From assembly GCA_003598085.1 (NCBI GenBank), contig QZKU01000145.1, forward strand, positions 9,123-73,122: DNA of 64,000 nt, in the 5' to 3' direction. Below are positions 63,276 to 64,000 of the stretch, in pieces. The translations under genes were made by a program, and so were the position numbers. This stretch comes from Candidatus Abyssobacteria bacterium SURF_5. Lineage in GTDB: Bacteria > Abyssobacteria > SURF-5. Under the pieces are notes generated by a model that was not told the DNA's origin, made no database searches, and saw only the letters and a program-made list of their open reading frames with translations. Each line of letters starts with the position of its first letter. The stretch's first letter is position 1.

Positions 63276-64000
63276 TTAGAGAAAATCCTCGAGGCCCCGC
63301 TTCTTCAGTTCATCGACGACTCGGCGGACGTCGGGCGCGCGCTCCTTCTTGCATACCAGCAGCGCGTCCTCCGTCTCGATGATAACGATGTCTTCGAGCC
63401 CGATGACCGCCACCAGCTTCTTGGTGCTGTGAATGATGTTTCCGGTGGATTCAATTGAAACGACCTTGGCGTCGAGGAAATTGTTGTCCTTATCCTTCGG
63501 CCAGATCTGCTCCATCGCAGCCCAACTGCCGATATCGTTCCAGCCGAAGTCGCCTTTGAGCAGAGCCACGTCGCTTGATTTTTCCATAACGCCGAAGTCG
63601 ATCGACTCGGCTTTGAGCGACGGATAAATCTTCTCGATCGTCTTTTCTTCGCTTCCCTTGCCGATCGCGCTCTCTATTTTCATCAGGCCCTCATACAGAT
63701 CGGGCAGGTGAACCTTGATCTGTTCGAGAATGACCGACACCTTCCACACGAACATGCCGCTGTTCCACATGTAGTGGCCGGTTTTCAAGAATTTTTGCGC
63801 CACCGCCTTGGTGGGTTTCTCGCGGAACGCGACAACCTTATAAATATTTTCCTCCTGCACCGAATCTATCTTGTGTCCGATCTGTATGTAACCGTAGCCG
63901 GTTTCGGGAAACGTGGGCTGGATGCCGATGGTAACCAGTTTGTCTTCCTTTTGCGCGAAAGCAACTGCGGCTCTTACTATTTTGCGGAACCGATCGGCGT
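63276..64000 (-). CDS. manC: Mannose-1-phosphate guanylyltransferase, 5' end outside the window
   Basis: LVTIGIQPTFPETGYGYI, FREKP, WNSGMF, SIDFGVMEK, WNDIGSW; frame is open to the window edge. Confidence 0.92.
   Translation of the reverse strand, partial: ADRFRKIVRAAVAFAQKEDKLVTIGIQPTFPETGYGYIQIGHKIDSVQEENIYKVVAFREKPTKAVAQKFLKTGHYMWNSGMFVWKVSVILEQIKVHLPDLYEGLMKIESAIGKGSEEKTIEKIYPSLKAESIDFGVMEKSSDVALLKGDFGWNDIGSWAAMEQIWPKDKDNNFLDAKVVSIESTGNIIHSTKKLVAVIGLEDIVIIETEDALLVCKKERAPDVRRVVDELKKRGLEDFL

Noticed and set aside
1..64000. CRISPR arrays, tRNA/rRNA genes, integrases or transposases, defence systems
   Set aside because: No regularly spaced repeats, RNA-gene signatures or corresponding protein motifs were seen by eye.

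Overview
A 64 kb chromosomal window from a GC-rich anaerobic bacterium. The lpxH-like gene suggests a diderm; the Hdr/MvhD and sigma54 content resembles deltaproteobacteria or related candidate phyla, but taxonomy cannot be fixed from the sequence. I saw no rRNA, tRNA, CRISPR array, transposase or phage gene. Housekeeping and metabolic genes: aminotransferase, site-2 protease, xylB, Re-citrate synthase-like enzyme, lpxH-like, glnE, yggS-pheS-pheT-zapB-zapA, coaD, larBC, tldD, ilvD-like, manC. Four things stand out. (1) A ~1,700-aa protein with three DnaA-type AAA+ modules, no DNA-binding domain IV and a ~1,000-aa coiled coil, coupled to tldD in a tldD...larB-larC-coaD operon. (2) A tightly coupled five-gene operon: a FabF-like ketosynthase lacking both catalytic histidines, a multi-TM sensor kinase, a His->Gln pseudokinase, a hybrid kinase and an MMPL/RND transporter, a candidate lipid-signal system. 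(3) An Hdr cluster (HdrD-like, HdrL, MvhD, FdhB/FrhB-like, tandem HdrA, HdrC, HdrB) with no hydrogenase or formate dehydrogenase catalytic subunit, surrounded by four sigma54 promoters, an OrpR-like activator and metal-binding accessory genes. (4) An orphan sigma54 promoter plus strong terminator that define a ~140-nt candidate sRNA or attenuator. All family calls come from motif recognition by eye, not database searches.
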